Under the pieces are notes generated by a model. The model was not told the origin of the DNA and did not search any database. It saw nothing but the letters and a program-made list of their open reading frames with translations. Positions 36,401 to 48,400 of a stretch of DNA of 64,000 nucleotides are shown in pieces (the first letter of the stretch is position 1; each line of letters opens with the position of its first letter). This DNA is from Somniosus microcephalus. Its lineage: Eukaryota. The translations under genes and the position numbers were made by a program. Location: assembly GCA_052327205.1 (NCBI GenBank), contig CM126214.1:23374001-23438000 (forward strand). Reading direction: 5' to 3'.

Positions 36401-39400
36401 GCGCCAGCCGCTGCGGAGCGGCAGGCTGCGGTACTGCAGGCCTCCTCCTTCTCTTAAGGGGGAAGTGCCTGCAACAGCCGGAGCCCCGATCGCGAGTGCC
36501 GGCAAAAGAGCCCGGCACAACGGAGAAGTGCCGGGCTCCCGCAAACCAGCCGGCAATGCCGCGGGGGGGGTGGTGGAGGAGGCCGGGGAAGGAGGTGCGG
36601 GCAGGCGGCCGCCGAAAAAGCGGCCGGCCGCACCTTCCCCTTTAAAGCGCCCCACTAAGGATTCAGTACGGCCCCGTTCTCTGGTCGCTGTTTGCGGCCG
36701 CAACTAAATATGGGGATCGGGCCGGTTTCGGGGCGGTACCGGGGCACTGCGCACACCGATGACGTCATCGGTGCCGGCGCAGCGCTAACGGCTACCGCCG
36801 CCAATACCGCTGCGCTGAATATCTGCGCAAACTCATTTTTGGCGCAAAATCACTCTTTAGGCGTTAGCTGGGCGCAAAGCTGGCAGCGCCCTAATGAATT
36901 TCTAGGCCATTGTATTTAGTAGTTCAGTCTTAATATTTTTTTTTGTTCGTTCATGGGATGTGGGCGTAGCTGGCAAGGCTATCATTTATTGCCCATCTCT
37001 AATTGCCCTCCAGAGTGTGGTGGTGAGCCGCCGCCTTGAACCGCTGCAGTCCATGCGGTGAAGGTACTCCCACAGTGCTGTTATACTTCTTTGTAGCAGT
37101 TTGATAGGCCACTTCAGAGGGCAGTTAAGAGTCAACCACATTGCTGTGGGTCTGGAGTCACATATAGGCCAGACCGGGCAGATTTCCTTCCCTAAAGGGC
37201 AATAGTGAACCCAGGTGGGTTATTATGACAATCCGGTAGTTTCATGGTCACCATTGCTGATACTAGCTTTTTATTCCAGATTTATTTAATTAACTGAATT
37301 TAAATTCCCCAGCTGCGGTGGTGGGATTTGAACTCATGTCTCCTGATCATTAATCCCAGCCTCTGGATTACTAGCCCAGTAACATAACCACTATGCTACC
37401 GTACCCAATAATATATTACAATGCATACCTTTATTACTGTAATACTAATATTATTTTCAACATCACATTGTGTGAGCTGATCACAAACAATACCAGTTGG
37501 CTCAGGTGAAGTGATTTTTCTCAGTTTGAGGATTAAGTATTGGATTGACTAGGGTATTGTGCACAATTACTACAGATAGAAACTGAGTAGTAAGACTGTC
37601 ATGGAATTTAACTACTTTCCAGTTGCAATTTGAAGTAGTATGCCAAAGTGATAAATTTATTTTCCAAAACGAACCGGGTTACACTCACACTGCAGGCAGC
37701 AGAAGAGACTAGCCCGAGTACCATCCAAAATTGATCCTCGGGCCACATCTTAATAATTCGGCTGAGCCTGTTGCTTGTCCGGAGGCAGCTTGCCTCTTTG
37801 GGGCCCTCCAATTTTGGCCCACTGCTTTGCTCGCAGCGGCCCTAAGGTAAGTTGTGGGGGAGTTGGAGTAGAACAAGATGGGTGCCAAGCACGGGCCGGC
37901 AACGACCTACAGTAGTGCTAAGGAGCCAGGGGGAGCACTCCTGCTCTTCTGGCTCCACATTAAGGTAAATGTAGGTGGCGTCCTCTTGTGGTCTCTTGAA
38001 GATGCATGTAGACCGAGTAATCCTGAACGGCGCAGGCCCAGTGTTCCTCTCCTCGAGGCAGACACATTTCTGGAATGGGTCCTAAAATAAGCGTTAGGCC
38101 ACTCGTTAACATATGCAAGGCAGCTAATGCCTATCTTAGGCGGCTGCCGGGGACACCAATAGGTCGGGATCTTTCAGGCGTCCTTGGAATGCGGGATGTA
38201 GCCCTGCAAAATTGGTCCTCCTTCCCCCTCCCTGCCTTCGCCCCCCCCCCCCCCACCTGTTTTCACCCGGAAAACAGGCACAATGAGGTCCATTTTCTCC
38301 CCACCCCCCGCCGTGATCCTATAATATTTATTTTCACCAAAAAGGGAATCCTGGTTATTTTGGCAAATATAATTTTATTTTTCAGTCATTTATCTATTAA
38401 ATTTAAAGCAATTATCTGAATGCTGGCCTTTGAGTGGGAATAATGCGAATGAGTTTTAAACACTTGAGAGTCATGTTGGTATCTATAAACAAAAGCATTA
38501 GCGACCTTGAACAATTTTGATTGATTGACTTGAATTGTTTTCCATTTGCTGCAACACTAGATTTTGTAGAAAAAATGAAGGGGGATCTGCTGGCAAAGGT
38601 TGAAATACTAGGAAAGGAACTACCTCTGAATACACTGGATGAACTGATCGACTTGTTCGGTGGTCCTGAGCATGTGGCTGAGGTAATTTTCTAAGGATTT
38701 ACATGTCTCAAATTGCTTGACTAGTTCACCTGCTGGCTTTATGAATAAAGACACTACCTAGTATGGTATCGAACCACATAGGCCAGGAGTCTGAGTTAGC
38801 TCTCACCGGTAGAACACTACAATTGACTTTGGGCGAGAGAGAGGGAAATCAGGTTTCTGCTCCTGATCGCTGGCCAGTAACTCCTATTCGAAAAGGGCAT
38901 GTCGGATGAGGACAGTATTGGGTTTGGCTGTAATGTCCTTCATGGTAAAATAGCCTGCCATTGTTCACCCTCTAGGCTCACATAAAAATGGCCTCTGTCT
39001 CCTGTGGCACCGAATCAATGCTTTCAGGAGAGGAGGGAGAAAATTGGAGGCAGATTTAACCACGTTTTTTTTTCTTCCTCCTTTTTGCATCAGTTTTCTC
39101 TTCTCTCCTGTGTGTGATTAGAAGTCGGTTATTTGACCAACAATCCTGTCCTCACCTGGCGTTGACACACATACAGCAGGGGGCACTGAATAGCAGTCGG
39201 GCATGGGAACCCTAGCTGATTTTGCCATTCCTAACCCAGGGACACTGAGGCCTACTGCCCCAACTATGTGGCTCCGCTACCCACTGGGGGAACTTAACTA
39301 AAGTTAATAAATGGCATCTGTTTTTTACAAATGGGCATGCTGTGTCATTGTAAGCACCCATAAAAACTGACTTACCAGCTGAGTATAATAATAAAATGTG

Positions 39401-42400
39401 TTTTAACTTCTTGTTATCATACACTGGGTTCCTTTTTAAAATCGGCCATGCTAGAGGATTCCTAGATGGGGACTTTCTGCCAGAACAACTTGGCTTTTTA
39501 GAAATCCATTCAATATGGTATTGAATTGTTAATATCCATGTAAGTGAAGCATATTTACAAGGGACAATCTTGTGTTACAAGTGTCAAACCCATTAAGTAA
39601 TCTGATACACCTACTAATGGCTCAATGAAATAAATTGAAAGAAAGAAATTGGACAAAAATGTAATTATAATTTGCACGTACTAACTGATCTTCATTGGTG
39701 TTGTTCACAAACGCAAACACAAATTAAAGAGCCAATCAAATTAAGTAGACCTCAGTAGCTGACACCTCTGATTGGGTTTTCTCATAAATTCAGGTTGAAT
39801 TCTAGGATCTGATTGGCTCTGCTAGTTATTTGACAGATCATACGACATGGTTAGCACAGACCAACCAAAAAGGAACTTGGGACACTACTTACATAATTGT
39901 GCATTTATAAAAACACAACAAATGTGTTATTTTCATTGTTTATACATATAATAGTATATAGAGGGAGGACGAGAGGTAGATGAGTATAACATCAAAAACA
40001 TATAATGGCAGCAACATTTCAGTCAACACAGACTTTTCTTTGGATAAGTATCAGTAAATCTTACAATATTTGGCTGTGAATTTGTGTGTTCTAATAAAAG
40101 AATTATGTTATTCTCCAAACCATCGTTAACACCTTCACCGAAGCGTACGAGAGCATGGGCCTTACACTAAACATCCGTAAGACAAAGGTCCTCTACCAAC
40201 CTGCCCCCGCCACACAGTACTGCCCCCCGATTATCAAAATCCACGACAAGGCCTTAGACAACGTGGACCACTTTCCATACCTCGGGAGCCTACTGTCAAC
40301 AAGGGCAGACGTCAATGATAAAGTCCAACACCGCCTTCAGTGTGCCAGTGCAGCCTTCGGTCGCCTGAGGAAGAGAGTGTTTGAAGACAAGGACCTCAAA
40401 CCCGGCACCAAGCTCATGGTCTACAGAGCAGTAGTAATACCCGCCCTGCTGTATGCCTCAGAGACATGGACCATGTACAGCAGGCACCTCAAAGCACTGG
40501 AGAGGTACCACCAACGCTGCCTCCGCAAGATCCTGCAAATCCATTGGCAGGATAGGCGCACCAACGTCAGTGTTCTTGCTCAGGCCAACATCCCCAGCAT
40601 CGAAGCTTTGACCACGCTCGATCAGCTCCGATGGATGGGTCACATTGTCCGCATGCCTGATACGAGACTCCAAAAACAAGCGCTCTACTTGGAGCTCCGA
40701 CGCGGCACTAGAGCCCCAAGTGGGCAGAGGAAACGCTTCAAGGACACCCTCAAAGCCTCCTTGAAAAATGCAACATCCCCACCGACACCTGGGAATCCCT
40801 GGCCCAAGACCGTACAAAGTGGAGGAGAAGCATCCGGGAAGGCGCCGAATACCTCGAGTCTCTTCGCCAGGAGCAAGCAGAAGCCAAGCACAAACAGCAG
40901 AAGGCGCGCACGTCAACCCAAGCACCTCACCCACCCGCCCCTTCAACCACCGTCTGCCCCACCTGTGACAGGGACTGTAGGTCGCGCATTGGAGTCATCA
41001 GTCGCCTGAGAACTCATTTTTAATGTGGAAGCAAGTCATCTTTGGTTCCGAGGGACTATCTAAGAAGAATATTATTCTGAATAACATTTACAAAAGATTC
41101 CAATCACACAAAGGTTTGTGGTGTAGGGGATTAACACAGCGTACTTTTACTACTAGGACTTCATCCTTAGCTGGTGTGATGAAGGACCCTTCTTTTTGTT
41201 GATTGTAAGGATACCGATTGAAATGGTTATTGATCGTCTCGGCCTAGTTCCTCAGCGGAATGAGTCCAAAGCACAAAGGGGCCAATTTTCCCGCAGGTGT
41301 GGGGAATTGTCGGGTTCCCCGAATGTCGGGGTTCCCACACGAATGTAAGTGGGTCTGCCAGATTGATGCAATTTTCCCTCACTTGGCCAATTCATTTCCA
41401 GCATGTGGGAACCCTTGCTAATTGACTATTTCCAGTCAGAAAGCCCCACAGTATGATGTCATCATTCGTGGTGCTTTTAAAGTCTACAGCAAGCATTGCA
41501 ACCTCTGCAGGCTTCCATATGAACCACACAGGATGGCAGAGGAGCCTGCAGCAGCTGTGGCCAATGCCAGACCCCGAGCTGCCTGCAAATTCGACGAGGC
41601 TTCACTGCAGGCATTATTGGATGGGGTGAGGGCTCACAGGGAGGTCCTCTTCCCTAGGTCAGGGAGGAAGAGGCCTCCCACTGAGACCAAGGCTGCATGG
41701 ATGCAGGTGGCAGCAGATGTCAACTCGCTGGGAGTCACCAGAAGAATCTGGATACAGTATCGGAAGCGATTGCATGACCTTCACCGTACAGGAAAAGTAA
41801 GTATGAAGTTTCCATCACCCTCAAACTGATCCCCATTGCCTTTCCCCACCAGCACTCAGCTTTAGCACTCTCTTCCTCCACATCCCACTTCACAGTCATA
41901 TCCATGCACCCTTACCCATTCCCTCTCTCTCTATGCTCACGTTCACATAACTATTCCACCATGCAGCCCTCACACTCCCTCTCACTCTGATGCTTTGAGC
42001 ACAACTGACAATACACAGGGAGGACCCTTGGTCTTGCAGCCTCACACCATCTTTGTCTCCCTCTAAGTATCTATGCTATGCAATCTCTACACTCACTCCT
42101 TCATTCTCACTCAAACGCCACTTGTCTCCCTCATTGCAGGAAAAGAGAGCTCACAACAACAGAGAGTGAGCCAGGATTGAAGGAGGCCCACCCTCAGTAG
42201 CCCACCAGACCCTCTGGGAGGAAGGAGTGCTAGAAATTGTCGGGGCTGATGTGGCTGCGGAAGCTGGGGAAGGAGAGACGGGGCAAGCCCGCAAGCTGGT
42301 GACAGAATAGTTTTCCATCTCTCTCATTGACATAGCATGAGTCGCTGTTATGATTCTGAAGCTACATCATTTGGACTTACGAGCATCTGCAAAATCCAAT

Positions 42401-45400
42401 GTGCATGTAACCTTGGCATCACATCTCTAACTCTTTACTCCCCCACAGGACCATCCGAAGCCCCCGTCCCCACTGCGGAGGAGGAAGAGGCTGAGCAGCC
42501 AGATGCCTCAGAGGAAGCTCCAACCTCTGAGGGCGCAGCGTCAGCAGACTTCAGCGCACCCAGCACCAGCACAGACACACCTCGGTGGGACCTTCGCGAG
42601 ATAGAGTAGTGTTGTCACCTGGTGTATCACAGCTCACAAGTGAGCATCAGCAGATGGTGGAGACAGGGACAGCAGTGGAGAGTCCTCGTCGGAGGGCGCA
42701 GGACTCTGCCAGCTCAGCTCTGCTGCATGTCGACCCTCTGCCTCTGGGTCCATCCGCAAGAGAAGAGGTGATGGATCTCCATGCACAGATGCAGGAGTAG
42801 CAGACTGCTGGCGAGCCCTCACAGGTTCGCCACCCCAGAGGACGCCCGCCAAAGGTGTCGAGACAGGAGCAGCAGGAAAGTGAACAAGGGGCCTCCACAT
42901 CTGCTGAAGTCACAGGGGAACCACTACGTAGGAGCACGCGTAAGAGAAAAATAAAGCACCACTAATCACAAGGGTAGTCACTTGGGTGAAATGTGTTTAT
43001 TTTAAAAATGCCATCGGTTGGTTATTGTGAATCAAATTTCTGATGGCAACTTCTGCAGTGTGGCATGTGTCATTTCGCGAATGGGGCTGGCGGTCCTCTA
43101 ATGCCAAGAGGGGAAGGAAAAAAAGGCCTCCCATGCTTCTGGTAGGTGCCTCAGTTGAGGAAGCGCTGAGTGAGGGTGGCGAGAGGGGCTTCCTAGGAGC
43201 TCACACTGGAGAAGTGTGTGAGGTTCCAACCTTCCACAGCTGTGCCTAAGCCTTGAACAAGTTGCCCCAAGCCTGAAACAACAAGGTCCTGCAACCTACA
43301 AATGCTGTCTGATTAAATCTCTTCTTTCCTGATTGACTTGCAGCTGAAAGTAAGCAAGCCGATATTGTTCACGCCAGGTTTCATCAGCGGGGTTCCCACC
43401 AGGCGTGTTTAGCATGGGAAAAGGCTGAAAATAGCAAGGGCCTCTTAAAATGGCATTATAGATGCCAATTATTGGTGATTAGGCTCCCGACGACCAGTAC
43501 CGCCAGCTGCGGGCGGGACTGAGTCGGGTCAGATTGAAACGCCGGGGTGAAAGTCGGACGGGGCGGGGAATCAGGCAGGGGGGGTCGCGACCCCCTATTT
43601 TTACGATTCCCCCCCACACGCCTGAAACCCCACCTGACGGCTCCAGGAAAATCAACCCCAAACTGTCTGTAATTCAGACCAAGCTGTCAGTCTCACTCAG
43701 CGAAGCCTTAAAAAAATGATCAGTGTGGAAAATTGAAATGTATGATAGGTGCAGCAGGGGATGCTCTTCACAAATTGTTGGAGCAGAGCAGAGGGAACTT
43801 TACCCTACATCTGCCCTGTGAGTGCTTGATGCTAATACTAGGTGCAAAGTGTGGAAAAACATTTTGATTGCAATGGGATGGGCCTCATCCTGATGAGCGC
43901 AAAATTCAGTTAAAAAAAAAAATTAAACTTGTTGGTGTATGTAACATGGTACTACAAGTTGCTTTATGTACTTAAATTATTAATTTTAATAGATGACTGG
44001 AAGAAAGGGACGTGTTGTACGCAAACCAGACGACTCAGTTTGTTACGAGTCCAGAGCAGAACAAAATTTGTCCATTGACCATGTGAATTTAAAGGAAAAG
44101 GAGCGGTTCATGAATGGGGATAAGGTAGGTTTGTTTTTCATTATGTACAATCATGTATATTAGGCCCTAGTATTCTTTGAAATAAATGGAGAAACATGGG
44201 GCAACATGTTGAAGCAGGACCTGCTCTCAACCTCGATACTGCAGGAAGACCATGGGGTAGAAATTCATCTCGCGCACTGGCGCAACACGGGCGGTATTGG
44301 ATCGGGCCCCCCATTATACGCAGCTCCTGTTATTGCAGTCAATAGAACTGAACATCAGGTGCTGCGTATAACGGGCGGCCGATCCGATACCGCTCGTTTT
44401 GCGTCACTTCTCGAGGCCTATATTTTCCTCTGGAAATTTTAGTGAGTAGACGTGTGTAAATAGCAGTGTATGAAGGATTGCTGCTATTCAAGACATTAGT
44501 GAAAAGATAAAACAACTTTTTGACAAGCACATTACATACTAGATCACATTTTCTTCCTCTTCCTCATGGGCACCATATATATTTATTAATACTAACAACA
44601 GAAAATGCTGGAAATACTCAGCAGGCCAGGCAGCATCAGTGGAGAGAGAAACAGAGTTAACGTTTCAGGTCTGGGACCCTTCGTCAGACCTGAAACGTTA
44701 ACTCTGTTTCTCTCTCCACGGATGCTGCCTGGCCTGCTGATTATTTCCAGCATTTTCTGTTGTTGTTTCAGATTTCCAGCATCCGCAGTATTTTGCTAAT
44801 ATATATTTATTACTTTGTTAAGCAGTGTTTTGTATTTTTACGGTGGTTATTTTTTTTGTCCCATACCAATCAGTTCAGTCACCCTTTGCCGCACACCACC
44901 TCTGACTATTTGACAGTCCCCTGCCTGTAACACGGGAAACTGGCTTCTAGGAGCTACACAAGACCAGCCAGGGTACCTCTCCCTACTGTTACCCCACCTC
45001 ACTGTGGGGAAGCACCTGGCCTCCACTTTGCACCTCGCACCGCTAACTCATCATGTCGGGCACCTCGAGTGTGAACCCATACCCCATCGTCCTGTGATAC
45101 AGTGTGTTGAAACTCCAGTATGTTGTCTGGTAATGTTTACTTTTTGTGGAGCAGCTATAATAGTTGATACATCTTCTAAAATTAAAATGAACTCTTTCTA
45201 ATTTGTCAAGTTTGTAGCCATTATCTCTGAAGCAGCCAGTTCAGGAATTTCACTGCAGGCTGATAAAAGAATAAAGAACCAGCGAAGAAGAGTGCATATG
45301 ACCCTGGAATTGCCTTGGAGTGCCGATCGAGCTATTCAACAATTCGGTAAGTCCTGGCAAAAACTCGGCTATTATTAACAATAATAAACACAGAGTCATT

Positions 45401-48400
45401 GAAAGTTATTTTTCCTTGTATAATGTTAAAAACGGTGCCATTTTATATCTGAAAAAGAGATTATAATCTATAGGTGTTGATTTACCTTATAGACTGCCAC
45501 TAAGTAGCTCCAGGGGTTATAGAAGGTAGTCATATAGGTGATAAAATGTCCACGATAAAGGGCTATTGTACACTCATAGTTACCTCTGGGACTAGGGGCA
45601 AGAGTTTACCAGTTATAGTCCCAAGATTGTAATCAGTTGTTTTATTTTCTATTCTTTGGTCTTAATTAAGTAAAGGCATAGAAAAGTTTTGATCTATTTT
45701 GGTAGATCAGGAAGAATATTTGTCTTTACTTTCTGATGTCAAACATTAAATAGCCTCTGCTTTTTGATCTCGACATAATTTCTGCAATCCTCTTTGTTCT
45801 GTTGCCTGCTGACATTACTCACATAAAACTATAACCTGTTGGCATCAGCTAGCAAGTATAAGTGAAAGTTATTTTCTATCATAAGATGGCCATTTAGGCA
45901 ATTTTCTGATTAGAATTATAGCCCAAGATTAGAATGTGATTTATATTGCAATTCTTCCGTGTCTTAATATTCGTTCTCTTTTCAGGGCGTACTCATCGGT
46001 CAAATCAAGTGTCAGCTCCAGAATATATATTCCTCATCTCTGAGCTTGCAGGCGAAAGGCGATTTGCCTCTATTGTTGCTAAGCGTTTGGAGAGTCTGGT
46101 AATCTCATTATTCTTACTAAGGTGTAACGTGTAATTATTATTACAGTCCTAAGAATCAGATGGTCACTTATAAGTAAAGTTTTTTAAGCTTTAACTCCAT
46201 TTACATAGGTGCTCTGACCACCATCCTGGACAATTAGCTGGGAGTCTGCATTGGCACCTTATTTACATACAGTTCTTACAAGAAAGATTCTATGGCATCT
46301 AAGCAGCTACATAATTGACGACAGAGATAAAAACAGCAGAGAAATGTTCACTGATATTATCTGCATAGTGTGGGTGATTCAATGAAAGTTATGAGTTCAC
46401 CACTGTCTTTGGTTCCCCTATATTCTTTTTAATTGTGTCTCATTGTATTGTAGTCTTACGCTTTTCAAATCACAGTATCGGTAGTCCAGATTGACTATGT
46501 TTGACATCTGTGTGCCCTTTAATTGGCTATTCATAATATTAACTACAAAATCTACAACCTTTGCAACCCAACCCTGATCTATTTTATCATAAAACTTAAG
46601 ATTCTTGAGATGGTTTATTGGGTACATTCTTTTTCTTTTCCCTGCACCCAAAGGTTTCTCTCCTGACAGTGTTGACTCCTGCTGGATATAGTTCCACTCC
46701 TTGCTCACGCACATGACTGTGAGTATCAGCAGTCTATTCCGTTTTGGGCAGCGTCACATCTGTCTTCATCAGACTACCGTACACATTTGTTTTCCAGCAG
46801 AGGTCACTGGGACCCTTGCTGATCTTTTTAAATTCCCAATCTGGGTACACTTTGTCCAATTGCACTGAAGTGGCTGAGATCAGATGCTCACTCAGCACAG
46901 ACCAGACATCAATCCTGGGATCTCCTTTGATCTAAATAGCTCAGTACCACATCACGCAGTGCAGTTACCCAACTCGAGACAGTCCTTCTTGTCTTGGTTA
47001 CAAAAAAACAAAAGCTGTTTTGATCTATCTTTTAGAGCCTTCAGCCAAACTAGTAGGACAGAAATGAGTAATGTCTGCAAATTTGATCAAACAGGCAGTG
47101 AAGAGATATAGATTTAAATAAGTAATATAACATTAAAATTGCTTGGAATGTACGTTTATTGGTTACCATTTTAGAATTACAAATTTGTTCTTTTTGTAGG
47201 GTGCTTTGACTCATGGTGATCGAAGGGCAACAGAATCCAGAGACCTCAGCAAATACAACTTTGATAACAAGGTAGTATCTAATATTTCTCTTGTTATAAT
47301 TTAGCATAAGAAGCGATCAATTACGTAGGATATACAGCACAGAAACAGGCCATTCGGTGTTTATGCTCCAGTCGAGCCTCCTCCCGTCTTTCCTCATCTA
47401 ACTCAATCAGCATAACCCCCTATTCCCTTATCTAACCGCCCCTTAAATGCATCTATACTGTTTGCTTCAACCACTCTCTGTGGTAGCAAGTTCCACATTC
47501 TCACCACTCACTGGGTAAAGAAATTTCTTCTGAATTCATCAAAAATGAAATGTAGATATATATGGGCTCCAGAGTTGGTTCAGAGCACTGTGTGCAAAAG
47601 TGAGAGGCCACATGCGCAAATACACACACAAGTTAAAAATCAAGAAAGCACTCCAGGCACATCTGTAGTTCATACCTGGCTGTCCATTATTTTGTATAGT
47701 GTATACAGGATGAGGCTTAAATCCCATGAGAGTTCCACCAGCCTCTCACCATGACTCCAGATCCCCTGGAAAATGGTGGAGTTTCCCATTTGCCATGTAA
47801 GGGGCGTAACCTCCTTCCACTCCTTTCAAGGCAAATAATAGCCAGTGGTGGGGACTACTTACGCCAGGAGTTCCTGTTTTGGCTCAGTTGGGACCCAGCG
47901 TATCCAGGGAATTGGATTGGAACCTGGAAGAAAAGGATTCTTTTATTTTAAGTGTATTTTTAAAGATCAGCCTTTTATATCGTGGAAACCATGGCCAGGG
48001 TTGGAGTTCCCTAGCAAACGCCCCCTTCCAACCCCACCCGAGGGTGGGCGGGAATCAAGCTGCCATGGGCAGGCGGGAGACAGCGATGTATCATAAGTGG
48101 CGTTTATGCAGTGCTGTTCCATACAAATAAGGTGCCCACCCACTGATCTTGCAAACTGCTGTGAGGTTACTGCTGGAGGGCACCAGCATGCACAATCTCA
48201 GTGTAACAACTATCTCAGCCTGCGGATTGTCAGTCTTGGGGTATCTTCCTTGGCTGGCACATATTGAGGCAAAGGACTGATTGTTAACTGAGGCAAGCAA
48301 CAAAGAATAATGATTGTGTGATGTGGATATCGGGAGGCAATGGCCACCTGACCTTGGAGGTGCAAATATCTGAAAATAACCTAAACATCCTGGTGATAAT

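Noticed and set aside
36308-36919. Overlapping 75-131 aa ORFs on both strands
   Set aside because: By-product of a GC-rich MITE with few stop codons; no recognisable domain.
41422-41829. Host MYPOP/NAIF1/MSANTD-like gene
   Set aside because: It lies inside TIRs with a TSD and has a premature stop in exon 2, so it is transposon cargo.
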